A stretch of 63,797 nt of DNA, filler included, from Choristocarpus tenellus KU-1152 (GCA_964200185.2; 8 parts of 8 records of this genome joined end to end with filler, not necessarily neighbours in it); one strand, 5' to 3'. Numbered from the whole stretch's first letter, positions 1-13,984 are shown. Made by a program: numbers and translations. Notes: generated by a model from the letters alone, not told the origin.

Positions 1-58
1 GGGTGAAGAAAAGCATTATCACCTCGCCCCCACAAAAAAAAAAAAAAAAAAAAAAAGG

Positions 59-60
<2 letters not shown>

Positions 61-92
<32 letters not shown>

Positions 93-241
93 TCTGCACC
101 AGGGTGTCCATTTGGACCATAACCAGGAAAAGTGCTCTTACATTATCCATCCGGCGTATGCAACCAAATCACCCAAAAATCGTGACATAAAAAAATTGGC
201 CCCAAACGGACAGGTGCCACCCCCCCCAGATACTTTGACCC
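61..241. mobile_element. MITE family A (TIR CAAAGTATCT+G tract)
   Basis: Homologous to 16899-17074; ends CCCCAGATACTTTGACCC. Confidence 0.8.
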
Positions 242-256
242 ACTAAGTCTTTGGCA

Positions 257-468
257 GGGTGAAAGTATCTTAGAGGGCAGGAGTTTTGCCTTGTTTGCCC
301 GTTTGGGTCTTGTTTTCCCACGTTTGTTCTAATGACAGTATGGAAAGTTGTGTCCAGAACAAGAATATTGACACTTCCTAACAAATACGATAGCCAAAAT
401 TGTATTAAAATCGCAACATTGGATTTGGTCCCAAACGGACGCGGCTCTACCTCTAAGGTACTAGGTTT
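257..468. mobile_element. MITE family B (TIR GAGTSAAAGTATCTTAGAGGG)
   Basis: Homologous to six other copies; right end degenerate. Confidence 0.8.
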
Positions 469-517
469 CTTTTTTATTTGATGTGCGAATTATCTAGGTT
501 TCGAAGTTTATAGTTTT

Positions 518-780
518 GAGCCAAAGTGATTGAGAGGTAGGCAAAGTTGCATATTTGAAGGATTCAGAGAAATGGCGAAAATATGCCCTTTCTGTAAAAT
601 TGCAGAAAGGGTCCTTTGCTGAATTATGGCGAGACATTGTGTGTGGCAAGGGGAAATACCAATTTTGAGTACACTATAGTGCACACAAACCAGTGGCATA
701 GAGTGTATCGCACAAGGTAAGCAACGTGGCTTAGAATGCAAACGGGTCCAAACCTTCCCACCTCTCAATTTCTTTGCCTC
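518..780. mobile_element. MITE family D (TIR GAGYCAAACCAATTGAGAGGTAGGCAG-like)
   Basis: Both TIRs; TTT on both flanks. Confidence 0.8.
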
Positions 781-1699
781 TTTATTGGTAATTTATACTA
801 GGGGCATAATAGTACGACCAGGGCGAGGAGTTAAAGATTGACGACTGTTATAAAGACTCACCATTACTATCTTTCTACTACTACTTCAGTAAATATTGTG
901 TATAGTTTCTGTATTGGCATTTTCATTTTACAAGTCAGTGTACCACTGGATGGTAAATTTGGGGTAAGTGCACTCCAGCGCGGCATGGTTATGCTACGGT
1001 CAGGGTTTCTGAAGAAGTGGACAGTACGATCGCTGTAATTAGAATACTATCGTTTTCAATAACACCCACGATCACCAACGTACGTTTGGGGAATTCTGAT
1101 GGATTATGCACGTTTTTCAACTTTCCCGTTTGTCAACGATCGGTTGTAGTTTTCTGATGGCAGGGTTGCGGTATAGACCAACCGTTGGCATTTTCTGTTA
1201 CTGTAACCGTATCAATGAAGCAACTGTATTGTAGGGTCCTGGAATTTTGACATCTCACAAGGGGATATGGGTATCTAAATTTAAATGACACAACCCCCAA
1301 CCGATGGATGCAGGCAGTGTCGTGTAGGCTACACGTTTATTACATTTTTTGGCAGCGACAAAGGGTTGGGCGCGATCATTGTTTGCCATCTTGGTGCTTG
1401 AGAAAAAAATATATCGTAGAGGAATAACATAGATGAAGCAGACAGAAGAAAATAAAAAGGAATTCAGTGTACCTGCAGAGTGTTGTTACGAAGAGAAAAT
1501 AAGGTGAAATGCACACTCTATAGCTTTGGATGGGGTGTCATTATCATCACCGCACATTGTCAGGTCTCATGGGAAAAAGATCAAAGATCCAATCCAAAAG
1601 ACCTCTTACCACATACCACACAAAGGATAGAGGAACACAACAATAGTCAACCAAAGAGTAAGTGAGAATGAGAAAGGGGGCATTCAGCAGACAGGGTGA

Positions 1700-3060
1700 A
1701 TGTGCATGTGCCCTGATCTACGTGGACTGCTTCAGCGTGATGTACATATCAGCTATCACATCTTCCCTATTTGCCACTTGTCCACGAAGCTCTTTGTGCC
1801 GTTAACCACACACTCGTACCATCTACATTGATATGTTGCCCTTGTACTCCATCCCTCAATTGTGATCCCAAACTTCTCAAGGTCGTTGTGCAGGCACACC
1901 CACCAATTCTTCTCCAGTCCACTTTACTTCAGTCTTTCACCTGCAAGCTCCCCATACATCGACTTTGGGAGTCACTTGTCCATCACACGTGGAACTGACC
2001 CAGTCAACAGGAGTCTCCGTTTCCTCAATCACCTTGATACTCTCACACCATTCTTCACAAGGGCATCATTGCATATTTGTAGGATGACGTGTGGTCTGTA
2101 CGTCCCGTTTGCAAAATCCTATGTAGGATGATAAGAGGAAATTGTGGTGGTGGGAGTGAAGATCTAGTGGACCTGGTGAAGAGTCCGTGTCACACAACCA
2201 TATAGCATGACCTCAAGCACTCCAACCTTGATCATTTAAATCTTAAGCTCAGGTGAAATACCAGCAGTTCTGTATTAAAAAAACATTTGATGGACTTGTG
2301 GAAACAATCCCAGGCTTTCGAACTTGTTCACTGATCTTGGTGGTGATATCAGCTTGATCACTGATGGTGCCCCAACGTAAAAAAATAGTCAGTCAGCTTG
2401 GAGGTCTGACCCCAAACCCTGATCTGCATGATGTCTGCAGTCTTGGTGGGAGGTCAGATACACATGATCTCTGTCCTCAACTCAGACACAATCAACCTGA
2501 ACGACTTGGTCACCTTCATGATCACTGTCATTAACCTGACCAAACTTCCTTGGGTATTAGACACTGAGTCTGTATCATCACCATAGACCATACCCCATGG
2601 GAGATGCGCAAGTGTCATCACACTCCCTGTTGCTCCTTCTCATTTGATCAAGTTGTTCTACTCCTGCTCCCTTGATGACAACAAAGTACTCAGAGTGGCC
2701 AGGTCAGAGTTAAGTCCTTAGCCACTATGGTTAGTACTGCAGTGAAGAAAATGAACAAGATGGAGGTAATAACATACCCTCGATGAGGCCCTGGTTGACC
2801 TCAGACAAATCTACAGGCTCTCTATCATCATCCATGCAGACACATGCCATCATTCCGTCATGGAATTGGCGGATGACTGAGATCTTCTCGTGTATTCCAA
2901 ACTTGGCAAGCATAACCCTTTGGAGATTGTGGTCAACATATATTGTAAGTATTCAGTAGGTCGATAAAACACATGAATGGAGGTACATGCACTTCCCGTC
3001 TGAGCTCCAAGAGACTTGGCTTCTTTTGGAGGAAGGACAATACATGTATACATGTTTGAT
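1700..3060 (-). mobile_element. Decayed RTE-clade LINE (RT domain and C-terminus)
   Basis: Minus-strand LAKFGIHEKISVIRQFHDGMMACV...VNQGL matches RTE reverse transcriptase; near 1800-2000 LPKSMYGEL...LHNDLEKFGI matches the RTE C-terminus; stops and frameshifts. Boundaries approximate. Confidence 0.75.
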
Positions 3061-4123
3061 CCTCTTTCATCTGATACTAGTATATTTCCCCCAAGTAAAT
3101 AACTTCCACTATTATGCACAGCAACTGCGTACTCAGAGCACAGAGCTCCATTATCAAATTCAAATACAGTAGTTCTAAAACAGGTTCATGCTTGGTGGTG
3201 TGCAAAACACATCGTGTCAAGATTTATGCTTGAATAATGCTGGGATATGATGTTTCGGTGAAGGGTATTGGATCAAGGTTGTTAGAATACAATAAACAGT
3301 AACTCATAACAGTAGCTGAACAAGTAATTAAGGTAAGTGTTCTAGGGGTCTTGGAATATTCAGCAGATTGGAACAGAATGAAATCTGCAGTTGTATATGC
3401 TGACAGCAAAGGACAAAGGTTGAGGAGTCCCGCCTTGTGAAACCTGCTCACTTCTCAACATCTGGCTAGGTAACAACCACTACTACGGTTCAAAGGAAAG
3501 AAGAATCCATCTTGGGCATTGATGGACTGCACATAACATGACGTGGATATGCTATGCCTTTCTCGATACTCCCCAACATTATCTAAGCATGCCTATGTAT
3601 GTGTATGGGAGGGAAATTGTAACGGTGTTCATCAGATGAAAACAGCATTGAAGCCAGACTGGTATCTCACGAACATTAGTATTCCTTCTTCAACAAGGTG
3701 GGGATCAATTTTGTTGTTCAAAGTCCAAAATATTGAGTTGCGCATACATGCCCCAACCATGGTACATCACCAGTCTTTGGTGTGGGGACACAAATCACCA
3801 TGTCAAAACCAAATGTGCTTCTCTCCTCCACTACATGTGAGTGCAAATGCCAGGGTCACAACTACTTAGCATCACTCCTGTTGGGAAGAAGCTGTGGTAT
3901 TGTGCAGATCTTGAACAACATAACACTCACGTAACACGCCTTAAAGTCTCAGAGAATACATGAAGAGTAATATCGGAAAACTGATCTTGTGGACTGAAAT
4001 GGCCAAACTATTGCTGAACAATCAAAATTGTCGAGCAAGTGGCCCTATGTACTGTCCTGGACAATGAAAACTATCAATCAAAAGGACCAAAGTGTTGAAT
4101 TGTATTTATTACACACTGGAAGT

Positions 4124-4354
4124 GAGCCAAAGCAAACGAGAGGTACCCAGAGTTGTATTTTAAGGATGCTGACAAATGTGTGCAAAATCCGGCTTCTTAT
4201 ACAAATCTGTACTGAGTTGTGTCAGAAAAGTTTCAAACAATAGAGAAGTGGACGCTCTCAAGTCAAACTTAGAACTTCAACCATAGGAATATGAGTGAAC
4301 TGCAAAAGAACACAAAACACCCAAAACTTGGGTACCTCTAATTTATTTTGGCTC
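4124..4354. mobile_element. MITE family C (TIR GAGYCAAAGTAAACGAGAGGTACCCAG)
   Basis: Both TIRs; AGT on both flanks. Confidence 0.85.
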
Positions 4355-4832
4355 AGTGTTTTCAACAACTGACATAGTTGTGTAAGAAGTACAACTTGCT
4401 CCCTCCTCTACCTAAGTACATACGATTGTCCAGCTGGTCACTGAGTAACAAAATATGACAAAAGCAACTCGACAGAGGCATGGTTGAAGGATCACTTATG
4501 ATACCATCTAGGTGTAGGTGGATTGCGAATAATAATTTACCAAGTTTGTATTATACTTTGTGTGAGAATGCTAAACGTGCTGTCTCTAACTCACTCTTCA
4601 GCAGTGGGGCTGCATATTCCAAAATGTGACTCGTGCTTCAAATCAACTATCGTAACAATATTGTTGTGGTCTTCTGTACAATACGTGAGATGCCTTCACT
4701 GCGGATTGTGCACATCAATTCTTCAGTGTTACTTTTCTATTGGGTTGTTCATCAAGTGACAAGGAATAGATTATTTTGGAGCGTTACTTCGACCAAATGA
4801 TTTGGGTTGCCTTGGACCACCACTTTCTCCTT

Positions 4833-5010
4833 CTCCTAGAGCATACTTGAACAAAAATGATAGTTCAGATGAAGTGGAAATTAGAACCGGAAAGAATTTA
4901 GCTGCAGTGGCTTAACCATCACATCCTCCCTCTCCCAGAGCATACTTTAACAGAAGCAACAGTTTGAACAAAATGGGAATTAGAACTGGTAAGAATTCAG
5001 CTGCAGTGGC
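4833..5010. repeat. Diverged tandem duplication, period about 99 bp
   Basis: CTCC(T/C)AGAGCATACTT...AATTAGAAC...AAGAATT(T/C)AGCTGCAGTGGC occurs twice. Confidence 0.75.
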
Positions 5011-5190
5011 AAGGAGTAATTTTTGAGGGAATGAAGGTTGCACGCACTGCCAATAACTTCTGCCCATTGTCCTCATGGTCATCCCATCCCAACATCCCAT
5101 CTCCCCAAACAATCATTCCATGTATGAGTGTCCTCAGGGCTGTTGAACCACTCGATGTCCTAAATGCTCCAATCCTTACCAATTCTTCTC

Positions 5191-5760
5191 TCATCGCAGT
5201 AGGAGGCGCTGCTCTGTTGCACCCATTCCAGCAGAAATGCATCTGTACAATTCACATAAGGTTGTCAGCAAGCACTGTTCCATTCATCGGCATAGTGACA
5301 GCGACGTTCGACATCGATAATATAAAGGACACAAGATCCAGACTATCTTTTGATCAAATGGAGGGTGTGTAACACCATCGAGGAGGACGGATCACCTCAT
5401 CATATCTGCCACCACCGTCACGTCCTTAGAAGTGCCTGTGAAGTCCGCGTCACCACGAATAGCATTCAGTTCGTCTGCAAACATGTCTGTCAATGACCCC
5501 AGGCAAGGTTCACCCTCCCCTTCACCTCTATCATTTTCTCTATTTGACCTAATCTGCTTGGAAATTCTCGAACCACATGCTTCAATGGATGCACCACCCT
5601 CAGTGCCTATCCTTGTTATAGGGGTGAGTAGATGACCGAGAGGTTCCACACAACCATCTGGCCCTCCTTTTGCGGCTGCATCCAGTGATTGCCGACATAG
5701 TTCGTAGTGTAAATTCAAATCACTTCGCGTCCTCCCCGTTTCCACCGCATCCTCCGTCAT
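5191..5760 (-). CDS. Small Rsa3-domain-like protein (possible ribosome assembly factor), 2 exons
   Basis: Exons 5760-5396 and 5242-5191, GT-AG intron, frames compatible, ends ...ADMMRCISAGMGATEQRLLLR*. LTDMFADELNAIRGDADFTG resembles the Rsa3 motif F-x-D-[DE]-L-x-x-[LI]-R-x-x-x-D-F (recalled, not searched). Confidence 0.6.
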
Positions 5761-5964
5761 GAACGACCAGCACCTTTAACCCAACAAGAAGGTGAGTACC
5801 TGAATTATCCCCGAAAGGCGTTTGTATTGTGTAGCAAGGCTTCATTCCTAAAAACACAATTTTCATTTCAAATCTTCGAAAGTAGACCTCAACGATAACC
5901 AACCCTCCAAGCGAAATAAGGGAAGCTATTCTGACAACCTCGACCTCTCACATCTCGAACTGAT
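5761..5964. promoter_or_regulatory. Bidirectional promoter region
   Basis: 204 bp between two divergent ATGs; locally CpG-richer than flanking introns. Confidence 0.55.
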
Positions 5965-8864
5965 ATGGAGAGCGGCAAAGATCACACTTCCACCCCTACT
6001 CTTGCTTCTAGTGAGGAAGAGAAGAACCAGGGGGTGAAGCGCTCGTTTGATCGGGTTGATGGGGAATCTGCCGCCAAAGCAATGAAGGCCGCCAAGACAT
6101 CGACCGAGAACGGATCGGGACTCACAGACACAGATAGGATAGAAAAGGAAAGCCTCGATAGTGTGGGCCTCAAAGTGGGGGCGAGGATTGAGGTTTGCTG
6201 GGATATCGAGGATGAGAATGGGAAGTGCACGGAGAAGGTACACTCTACACAAACTTTCCTTTACCTTCCCTATTATTGACAACCAGATTGCCCAGTGAGG
6301 CTGATACGCTAAGCACGTTGGGATGAGTAGAAGAGAAGGAGAAAATGCTCAGCTTTGTACTGCAGGCATTTTCTAATTTGGCATTTGATAAGATATGGGC
6401 GAGGGAGGACGGGTGGTTTGTGTTAGTTGAGAGTTTGAAGACTTTTTCCTACTTCTTCATCTGGACCATAGTTGTCAATTGTCCTCCACGTGCAAGTACA
6501 GCTTGCCGCACTTGTTTTCCCCCTTTCCAATGTTATTGTCGCTGGCGCTTACCCATGGGTTCGGTGTACTCTTTAACGCCCCTTGTGTCGAAGTGTGTTC
6601 GAAGCGAACCCACTCAAGTCGAATGAACCAGTCTGACTTCGCACCCTAACAACGTTGTCTTCACATGTGTCTAACGATTACCGCCAATCTTATTACCTTG
6701 GTACGACCGTGATATATCAAGTGGTGGGGTAGCACGGTGGGCCCTGCTGTATCGGGGAAACGGGCGTCCTCTGGCCGGCCAGTGTTTATACTCCAGTATG
6801 ATGCCCTTGACGGAATGGAGGCATGTGACCACGAGGTATCCTTTATTGACGGCCTACGACTGACTGACATTAAGGAGGATGCTGACATGCCATGGAAACG
6901 AGAGGGGTGTGAGATTGACCAGCGAGCCCTGCTTGAGTCCATTGGGGACGAGAGTGTGAATATTGGAGAGGTAGGTTCTGTAGGAGGAGATTGACCCATA
7001 CCGCACTCACACTTTATCTCTCTCCCTCATGCACACACACACAATTATTTTCACTGCTGACATATGTGCACATGCTCATAGATGCCCTTCATGTACAGAG
7101 GAACAAAATCACCCCATCAAGGGGAGTACGAGGGATTCAAGTGGTAGAGTACAAGATTTCTCTCTGTCTGGTGCCTTTGTGGTTGCCTTGTTGGAGAAGG
7201 TTGCAGAGTAGTTCTCACTTCTAGGATCATGTGCCATACAAGAGTGCCTGTTTCGTTGTTGATACGTTACCTGTCCATTTGCGTTGGACATGAATATCCC
7301 TACTAGTGTGTCAACTTTCATTATTTTCACTTTCATTCTGCTTACTTCTCTTTTCAAATCCCCATCGCGCAAAATCGCAAAAAGTTCGTGCGTGCACAAG
7401 AGGAGATGGATGCAGAGGAGGGAGAAGAGAGCGTGGAGAGCCTAGGCATGAAGGAGCTGGGCAAGCTCCCACACCATCAGCAGGTGAGTCTTGGTGCTCA
7501 ACAGCCAGAGACAGTCTCCCAAGACCAATCTATACATGCTCCGTATACATAAGTACATTGCTTTAGCAGGATGGATCGATAGAAATAACCATATGCTCAT
7601 TTGAGGATAGTGACATCATTCACGGATGCAGTCAGTGTGTGAGTTGGTCTATGTAGAGGACGTACAACTCCAAATATTACTGAGCCACCACTGGAGATGT
7701 CAAAGAGCCTACTTAGATGTAGCCAAGTTGATAACTGTCCAGGCTTCTCTGACCTTACATGGGCGATATCCTGATACCTAGGAAGATACGCTGTAGTGGA
7801 GAAACATGTTTTTTCCCGCCTTAAATCACATTATTGCATTTTCTTTTAGTGTAGTAAGTCTACATGCTCCGTAGCCATCGGTAAGGTTGTGCCTTGTAAG
7901 AACAAGGAGATGTGTAGTTATGAGAAGTCCTTGGTCAATGCTGAGGCTAAGTGTGCGTTCTACCATTAGATTACCCTCAGGCACCCAAATTCTGCTGCAT
8001 ACAAGGATATCGTGGTTTCATGTGTGAGGGGAGCAGAAGTAGTATTGTGAACCTTATCTTTGGAGAGGATTGATCTTACACTGGAAGGAGTGGATAGCAA
8101 AGAAGATGATTTACGGAGGCTTTGCTTGGGAGAGGTTGAACAATTGAAATGGAAGGCTAGGGCCACATCTATTAGCCTGGCCAAATCTATAGAGTTTCTC
8201 CTTTCAAGGAAGGTGTTTCTACTCCACTTTGAAGTGATAACAGAGTCATTGTTGTCTGCCCAATCAACAATGTGTGCTGTTCTCCAACTTACTTGCCTAT
8301 CAGTGATGAGGAAATGTTGGGTCATAGAGATGGGTTGGTTCGTTCCTCTTTGTACACCTACACCCTTCTCTCTTGTCCTATGTACTGTCTTACTTCCTAT
8401 ACTTGCAGTCAAGCCAATACCAGCGACCAAGGCATATTGTACCATGGCGTAAATATACCTAAGGGCTCTAATGTAGGAGGGGTCCCTTCTCCTTGAACAA
8501 AGGAATACAAGAACCAGTTCCCATTCCCCTATCATATCAGCCTTTTCTTCACATGCGATATGTACACCCTCATATGCAATATGTACACCCTCCACCTCCT
8601 GCCCTTCTGGGCCCTTCCCTTTCATCTTCCTCTGTTGTGTATATGCTCTTCTTTATTTTGCTTGTCTTACTCTCCCTCCTGCAATGTTCTCTTGGCTGAA
8701 CAACCCACCCCTAGGCGAGTCTTGCTGCAGGCTTCCGACGCATGGCAGATGTTGTAAAGGATCACCTGGTCAAGCTGCAGGAGCAAGGTGATGGTGGAGA
8801 GGTGGTTGTCTCGGCGGAGGACGTGAAGAGGATGTTTGAGGAGGTCCGCACAACTGGGAAATGA
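5965..8864 (+). CDS. Hypothetical protein with Tudor/SH3-like beta-barrel, 4 exons
   Basis: Exons 5965-6237, 6722-6970, 7385-7483, 8715-8864, all phase-0 GT-AG introns, open to TGA at 8862-8864. LKVGARIEVCWD...WWGSTV...FILQYD is Tudor-like. Confidence 0.75.
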
Positions 8865-11252
8865 GTAGGCTTTTCTGACTTTTGTCTAAATAGGGGAGAG
8901 CATTATCGTACAGGGGTAAACTCTATTGTGAGGAAAGTGGTAATGGCTTTAGGTGGTGCTGGTTGGGATGAGGTTGTGGGTGGGGATTTTTGGGAGAAGT
9001 GGGTGCCAGGGGGGGAGAGTGGTAGGAAGCTGTGGTTGTGCCAACAAGGACGCTCCAGATTAGGTCAAGGTTTTGGCTAAGGGTTTCAGTTGAGAGTGGT
9101 GGCACATGTGCATATGTGGAGGGGGCAGGTGTATTACTCACTTGGGCGCAGGAATATGTATCCTGATTTTGTGTGTTACCTCCTCCCCCATTACCCCAGC
9201 CTCACATCACAAGTCTCCCCTCATTAGACGTTGTGATGGTGATGGAAAGCCCCACTTTTAGGGATGAATTTGGATGTTTAAAGTATGATTTTGCCCTGCT
9301 ATGTGCGTCTACTCGGGCAGGTCAAAGTAGTTGTACAGTAGGGCTGGTTCATTACCTCAGGTCTAAGACCTGACTCTTACCTGCGTTGCACTGTCCTTTT
9401 GTGTCCATAGGTTGTTTTGGGTGGTGGGTGAATCCAACCTGATCTTGTCACTCATATCAAGCAAAGCATTAACTTGACATTTTGCCTGCATGACGCTGGT
9501 CACAATGCAGTAAGTTTGTTGGTGATACATATGCATGTGTCTTGTTCCTCTTGTACAAATTGCATTGCAGTGCATTGTAGGTTGTTTGCTTCATTTTTTG
9601 TGGGTATCATCCCCGTAGTACTATGGTTGTGTTATGTCCTTGCCCATACTATACACAGTGTGATTATTCAAAGTATTGATCAGTACGGGTTTTTTTGTCC
9701 TTGTTATTGAGGAAGAGGCGCTCTTTGAATGCCTCAACACAATGGCACACAATACCAAAGTAGAAAGTGATATGTGACAGTGTCTTCAATGCACTGGAGG
9801 GCTCAAACTTTGTAGCCTGGCTACAGGATTTCCTGCAGTGCAGCATGCTCATTGGTCAAGGAGACTTCTGAACAGTACTTCTACCCGTTGTCCATAGTGT
9901 GGTTTGAATAATATAACACAAATAAATCTCTGTCTTTTCATTGGTCAGAAATTTGACTATGGATTGCCCACTAGGCCAAACCTGCACAAGGGCCTTCGAT
10001 TTTGACAGAAAATCCGAGGGCGTAAGCCACCAACTATTGGTGGCTCTGCAGGTCAGTATGAATGTGTCATTTCGGAATAACATGACTCCATTTCACCGAC
10101 CTCGGATTCTTTGTTACGCACTCATGCCGACAGCCGACTAAACTCCAACCCTATTGCGTCTCCTTCTAGGTAGCAAGTGCTTCAATATGCCCTCCACCTT
10201 TCCCTTATCTTGGTGATACTCGCAAGCTCCACCGATCGTGTGGTGGCTTCGGAGTAAGCCCATGCATGCAAGTTTGGCTCGCTATCTCCTGTTGACGTTA
10301 CGGTTTCAATTGAAAAGGACAGGTCGGATGTTTCACTAGTGCCTCAAAGAGTCTTACCCCAAGTACAAAAGCGCCACTGGTGCTTCCAAGTTACAGACCT
10401 TTATGTTTTGTTTCATGATGTTGCAGTGGTCCCTCGCGCTTGGCATGGAGAGGCAATGAGAGAAGTTGTTTAGTAGTACTACTTACCGGGTAATGAGATA
10501 GCTAGAGAGTCAACTAGAGAGGAGTCCTTACTTGTGGAGAAACTTCCGAGTGGTGACAACATCACTTTGGGAATGTTTTTAGTGGGAAAAGTTTCTCCAG
10601 GGACTGGATCCGTAATATCGATAAAAAAAAGTCTCCTGTGCAATTTTACACTCTGCATGATGCTGATTAGTAGCCTAGTCTGCCACTCCCAGCAAAGCTG
10701 TGGTAAACAGTGGCCACATATGAGCCTTGAAACCTAGTTAGTATAACAAGGAGGGGTTTGATATCACATTGATACACAGAGTAGAGATACTGACTGGTGA
10801 CAATATGTGTACTCTGTGTGATTGCACCCGCCTTTCACTGTGGAAAAAAATATGAGCCTTTTTCTTGACTCTCATCCACTGTAACCACATCTATCTGCAC
10901 CACAAATAACTTACCCATTGTAGTGAAGTTACTTTTAGGGTGCAGGTGATTCCAACTGTGTTAAACAACTCATGGGGATGTTGGATCACAGTCCACTGTA
11001 AACTGGCCACAAAAGTCGCTGAGCTTGCTTGCTATTAGAAGAATCTTTGACCCAGCTGCACATCAGCCCAAGGATCGGACTGTAGAAATAGTTGACAGTC
11101 CAGGGACAGAATATTCTGATTTTCCTGGCCTGTTGGAAGCCCTGCTTGGCTTGACTCCCCAACACTGTAAGATGGTGTCCTAGGCATGTGTTGCTGACAT
11201 TGGCCCTGCACTAATAATCATACTGCTATCACAGAGGTAACGTAGAACCAGC

Positions 11253-11381
11253 TCAGACCTCCTCCTCATTCGCAATGAGACAAAGGACGATCATGAATAC
11301 TGCTTCCCAGAAGTTGTACAACAGTGGCCGAGCTCTGAGGGGTACAAATACTAGGTTCACAACCTCAAATGCTGGCCACAT
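11253..11381 (-). CDS. Mpv17/PMP22 family protein, terminal exon (gene incomplete or pseudogenised)
   Basis: After a CAG acceptor: MWPAFEVVNLVFVPLRARPLLYNFWEAVFMIVLCLIANEEEV*, matching the WP-x4-N-x3-VP-x3-R-x4-N C-terminal signature. Confidence 0.7.
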   Translation of the reverse strand: MWPAFEVVNLVFVPLRARPLLYNFWEAVFMIVLCLIANEEEV

Positions 11382-13671
11382 CTGGTGGTAATAAGCAAGA
11401 TCAACGATGGAGGTATTGGGACAGGTAGACGTGTTCATTGTGTCAGCCAAGGAATGTAGTGTGAACGGAGAGGCTATCAGGGTGGCTGAACACACAATAC
11501 AGAGATACATCGTGTCAAAGCAGGAGGGAGGGGTGAGTGGGAAAGATGCTATTATGAGATAAGGAACAAGATATTCCATGACCAATGATGTAATGGAAGA
11601 GAGGTGGTATCACCCAGGGACAACAGGACCATAAATCCTTGCAATATCTCTAGACCATTGGGCAATTTTGGCGTGTTAAAATTGTTGAATGAAAAAAATG
11701 GTGAATGCAACAATATAGATCGACTTCCTATTTTGCAAATACGTGCAATATTGGTGGACATGTTGCTCTAATTCTCATCCCTCTCCCAGATTACTGTAAT
11801 ATATTACCTGTAGTATATTGATACTAGGTACTATTATAGCTCAAATGGTAAAATCCGTGGCAGGATAAAAGCAAAGTGAAAATTTGAATCAATAGTGAGT
11901 GTATTGGTGCAGAGTATGCTTCAAATTACACCCTTATCATATTCCTGTTGCTCAACCTGCCCATAAAAATACAAGAGTCACGACTTGGGTGCATTGCAGG
12001 CAAGCATGAATGGGCACATCAGTGAGAGGCATCTGCGAACAAGACCAAGCAAGTGGAAACGAAGGGAAAAGCAAAGCTCCCTCCGAACTGGAATTTGGAT
12101 AACATGCCCTCAGTGGTACTTCCTGTAGCAAGCGGTGGTAGTCTAATAACGTTAATTGCAAAGCGGCTGGGTGTGGTAAAGAGTTACTGCCGGTACTACA
12201 GAAGCCCTCAGTGTGCTGAAATTGCTGTACACCAGGAAACAAGGTGTTCAATGGTTGCTTTTTTTTCACGAGGGGTTCCTTTGTGTGAACAGAAGTCTAT
12301 GCCTTGTAGCACTGTATTGTTGCTCATTATGGTGCAGAGTGTTATGTAGAAAACTGGAGTATCCTTCTGAGGCCAAATAGGGGGATGGTGAAATGTGCTA
12401 CGAAATTTGAATCCGTGGGACCCTATGAGTAAGGTGAAGTGATATCCAAAAACAAATCTGGACTGGCGATGTGCAAAGGGGTCCATCCACAAGGTTTTGC
12501 AAGTAGTTTCATGCAAACAATTCGAATAATGATCACATTGTTTTGCAAAATATGAGCACCCTTTTTCGCTTCGATCTACACGTGCCAAGTACGGTATTGC
12601 CTGGAGAGCATGTCCACTGAGTACTGAATGTATTCCTAAAGAACGCACTGTTGTTCCTCTTCTTCACAGAATTTGACACGTTTGCCGTTTGCATTTTTTT
12701 TTCATTAGCTACCATCAGATTTTTTTTTTGCAATTTATGGCGTTCTTTCTTTCCCTTCTTCCGACTTAGTGTGGACCAGCAACCCCTCTTCCTACTATCA
12801 GAAGAAGTAAATATCCATCAGTTCACTGCACAATTAAATCCACATTTCGAAACAACCATCCCTTTTAATAAGACCCAGTCCAGTACTTGTTTCATAGTTG
12901 ACCCAGCACGGTAATATACTGGTTAAAAGTAACAAATCAATGCACACTACTAGAGTACATGCTAAGACCGCCTCTTCTAATAGTGTATAGTAATTTGACC
13001 CCCCAAAATGACAAATATTGGCAGAATGCGCGATTTTTCTCTGGATATACACGAATGATTCGTATTTTGATTTTCGATTCAGCATGAAGTACCCACAACA
13101 GGACAGAAATCCATACCAAGAGTCTACCTACAAGTTTAACTAAATGGGACTAAGATGGCTCAGGGGTAAAACATATGTGGCGGGTTGATCCAACCCATCT
13201 GATGGGTACAATATTCTTTGAGTGAAATTATTTATAATTTCCGTTGACACAACTGTGTACAGGATTTAGCAGCATCTCAACCCAAAACTCAGATGAAATC
13301 TATTTATTTCCTCTTCTTGTAAATCTATCGAAAATATATGTAGTCACCTCCTATTCCCTAGGAGGCGAAGCTTGTTTCAACGCACCTACCTCAACAAACA
13401 GTAAGTCTCCCAAAGGTACATCCTACCATGTAACTGGTCTCTACATTTTTCTAAGATTCAGTCCAAGGAGTCTCCTCTGACCATTGAAGATACTAACATA
13501 TGAACGTTTATCTTTAGTTCATTTATTATAGAAAAAGTAAACTCTTACAGTATTTTAATAGTGTTTAGGAACCGTGTCAGTTTAGCTGGCGCAATTAAAA
13601 TAATTGAGAAATAAAAAAGAACATGATCGAATTTTTGGTTATTGATCTATTTTTCAATCTTGCGCAATAAT

Positions 13672-13984
13672 GGTGAAGTTTATGAAGTAATCTGAGTTTT
13701 GTGGGCGGAAGAATTCTGGTTGGTTGGGGGCACGGGGCAAGGAAGGGGACAAGAAGGAAAAGAAGAATCAACAAAGAAGGGACAAAGAGTTAAGGAACGA
13801 GTGGGAGGTTAAAGAAATGAGTGGCAGACAGAGGCACAAGGAATGAGGGGATGGTCAGTATTGAAGTGAAGAAGAAATCTGAGGGAGGGTAACAAGGAGA
13901 GGGGTGTTAGAACAAAGAGGACCCCCAAGCAAGCTTTTCCCCCCCCCCCCCCCCGTACCTTCCCTTTGCCCGCCTTGGGCTTTT
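13672..13984. repeat. Dispersed repeat E, copy 1
   Basis: AAGTTTATGAAGTRATCTGAGTTTTGTGGGCGGAAGAATTCTGGTTGG, purine-rich spacer and CCAAGCAAGCT shared with 56448-56730. Confidence 0.75.

Noticed and set aside
980-1400. CpG-rich patch with minus-strand ATG (MANNDRAQPF...)
   Set aside because: No open spliced model could be built.
7966-8625. 219-aa antisense ORF and 130-aa sense ORF inside an intron
   Set aside because: No recognisable motif; probably decayed repeat.
9240-10500. Possible decayed transposase
   Set aside because: Looks like degraded coding DNA but no motif could be assigned.
12350-12900. Possible piggyBac-like Cys-rich C-terminal relic
   Set aside because: Similarity too weak to support.
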